64,000 nt of DNA from Acidobacteriota bacterium (GTDB taxonomy: Bacteria; Acidobacteriota; Thermoanaerobaculia; UBA5066; Gp7-AA6): contig JANMBR010000107.1 in the NCBI GenBank assembly GCA_031360505.1, forward strand, positions 608 through 64,607. Reading direction: 5' to 3'. Positions 63,125-64,000 of this stretch are shown in pieces; the first letter of the stretch is position 1, and every line of letters begins with the position of its first letter. The translations under genes and the position numbers were made by a program. The notes beneath the pieces are model-generated. The model was not told the DNA's origin, did not search any database, and saw only the letters and a list, made by a program, of their open reading frames with translations.

Positions 63125-64000
63125 CTAGCTCACGGTGACGACGACCTTCCCGGTCGTGCCGCGGCCCGCCAGCGCGCGGTGGGCGTCGGGCAACTGGTCG
63201 AACGAGAACCGCGGTCCGAGAACCGGGCGGATGCGTCCGTCCTTCCAGAGCGCGAAAACATTCTGGGCCGCGCGCTGGAGCTCCCCCGTGCGGTCCGGAA
63301 GCAGCGACAGGTTGAAACCGATGAGCGTCTTGCAGGTCTGGACGAAGCTGTAGGGCGAGAAGAGCCCCATCGCAAGCAGCTCCCGGACCGCCGTCAGCTT
63401 GGCCACACCCGAGGCGCCGGAGGCCGCGGCAAAGCCGTAGAGGACGTAACGGCCCGAGGGGCCGAGCCGCCGCCACAAGCGGCGGAAGACGCGGCCGCCG
63501 ATCGCATCCACGACGACATCGGCGACGCCGCCGAAAGCGCGATCGACGAGCTCGTCGGCCGACTCGTAGATTCCGACATCCGAGGCGCCGAGCGCACGAC
63601 AGGCCGCAATCTTGGCTTCCGAGCCGACGAGAGCGATCACCTTCGCTCGCTTTTCTTTCAGTACCTGGAGCAGCGCCGAGCCCACTCCCCCAGCCGCCGC
63701 AGTAACCACAACCCGATCACCCTCAGCGACCTCAGCTCGCGCGCAGGCGTACCAGGCCGTCAGAAAGGCGACGGGAACGGCAGCGGCCTCCACGAAATCC
63801 ACGCCCTCCGGTAACGGGAACACGTGCGTCGCCTTCGAGACGACCTTCTCCGCGTGCCCCCCGAAGATCGGCACGGCCACGACGCGCCGTCCCGGCGTCA
63901 CATCGGTGACGCCCTCCCCCACCGCCTCAACAGTTCCCGAGATTTCCATTCCCGGCACGAACGGCGGCTTCGGCGCCCGCGGATAGTCTCCCGAACGCAC
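63125..64000 (-). CDS. NADPH:quinone oxidoreductase / medium-chain dehydrogenase-reductase family protein (N-terminus beyond the window)
   Basis: 'AAAGGVGSALLQV' cofactor-binding motif and an MDR fold. The ORF runs to the right edge of the window. Confidence 0.8.
   Translation of the reverse strand: MRSGDYPRAPKPPFVPGMEISGTVEAVGEGVTDVTPGRRVVAVPIFGGHAEKVVSKATHVFPLPEGVDFVEAAAVPVAFLTAWYACARAEVAEGDRVVVTAAAGGVGSALLQVLKEKRAKVIALVGSEAKIAACRALGASDVGIYESADELVDRAFGGVADVVVDAIGGRVFRRLWRRLGPSGRYVLYGFAAASGASGVAKLTAVRELLAMGLFSPYSFVQTCKTLIGFNLSLLPDRTGELQRAAQNVFALWKDGRIRPVLGPRFSFDQLPDAHRALAGRGTTGKVVVTVS

Overview
This 64-kb window is high-GC (~70%) and densely coding, and reads as bacterial core chromosome, possibly Acidobacteriota- or Gemmatimonadota-like. 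No rRNA, tRNA or CRISPR array was found by eye.

Positions 1-13.7 kb are one long minus-strand run:
- a partial GAF/PP2C phosphatase and a hypothetical protein;
- a MacB/LolD-like ABC ATPase, a Yip1 membrane protein and a TolC-like outer-membrane protein;
- two orphan DppF/DppD-type ABC ATPases and an 838-aa TPR protein;
- the conserved ffh-rpsP-KH-rimM-trmD-rplS-rnhB ribosome/SRP cluster.

Beyond that the window holds:
- a small Thr-rich lipoprotein, a GGDEF cyclase, a glycosyltransferase plus SAM-methyltransferase pair and a TolB-like propeller;
- an AI-2E transporter, queG, a CorC/CNNM-family protein, an isocitrate-dehydrogenase-family enzyme, a 2Fe-2S ferredoxin, trmB and pgsA;
- a zinc-ribbon/polysaccharide-deacetylase fusion, a PGM/PMM-family mutase, a TPR-AIM24 protein, an SLT transglycosylase, alaS, recX, pilT and ilvE;
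- a B. subtilis-type heat-shock operon hrcA-grpE-dnaK-dnaJ-prmA-rsmE with a CIRCE operator;
- a DUF2520 oxidoreductase, an MglA/SofG-like GTPase, an MltD-like LysM transglycosylase, a comM/yifB gene broken by an in-frame TAA, an M23 peptidase, secA, guaB and rarA;
- a YHS-domain protein, a TPR protein, carD/cdnL and an aminotransferase;
- a corrinoid methyl-transfer cluster: two non-pyrrolysine MttB-family methyltransferases, a B12-binding corrinoid protein, a MetH-activation-domain-like protein and a RamA/RACo-type reductive activator;
- a partial quinone oxidoreductase.

The main things to follow up are a ~132-bp CTAG-bounded, TIR-flanked MITE-like repeat present in two inverted copies, the corrinoid methyltransferase cluster, the comM in-frame stop, CIRCE overlapping the hrcA start, and several structured intergenic elements.
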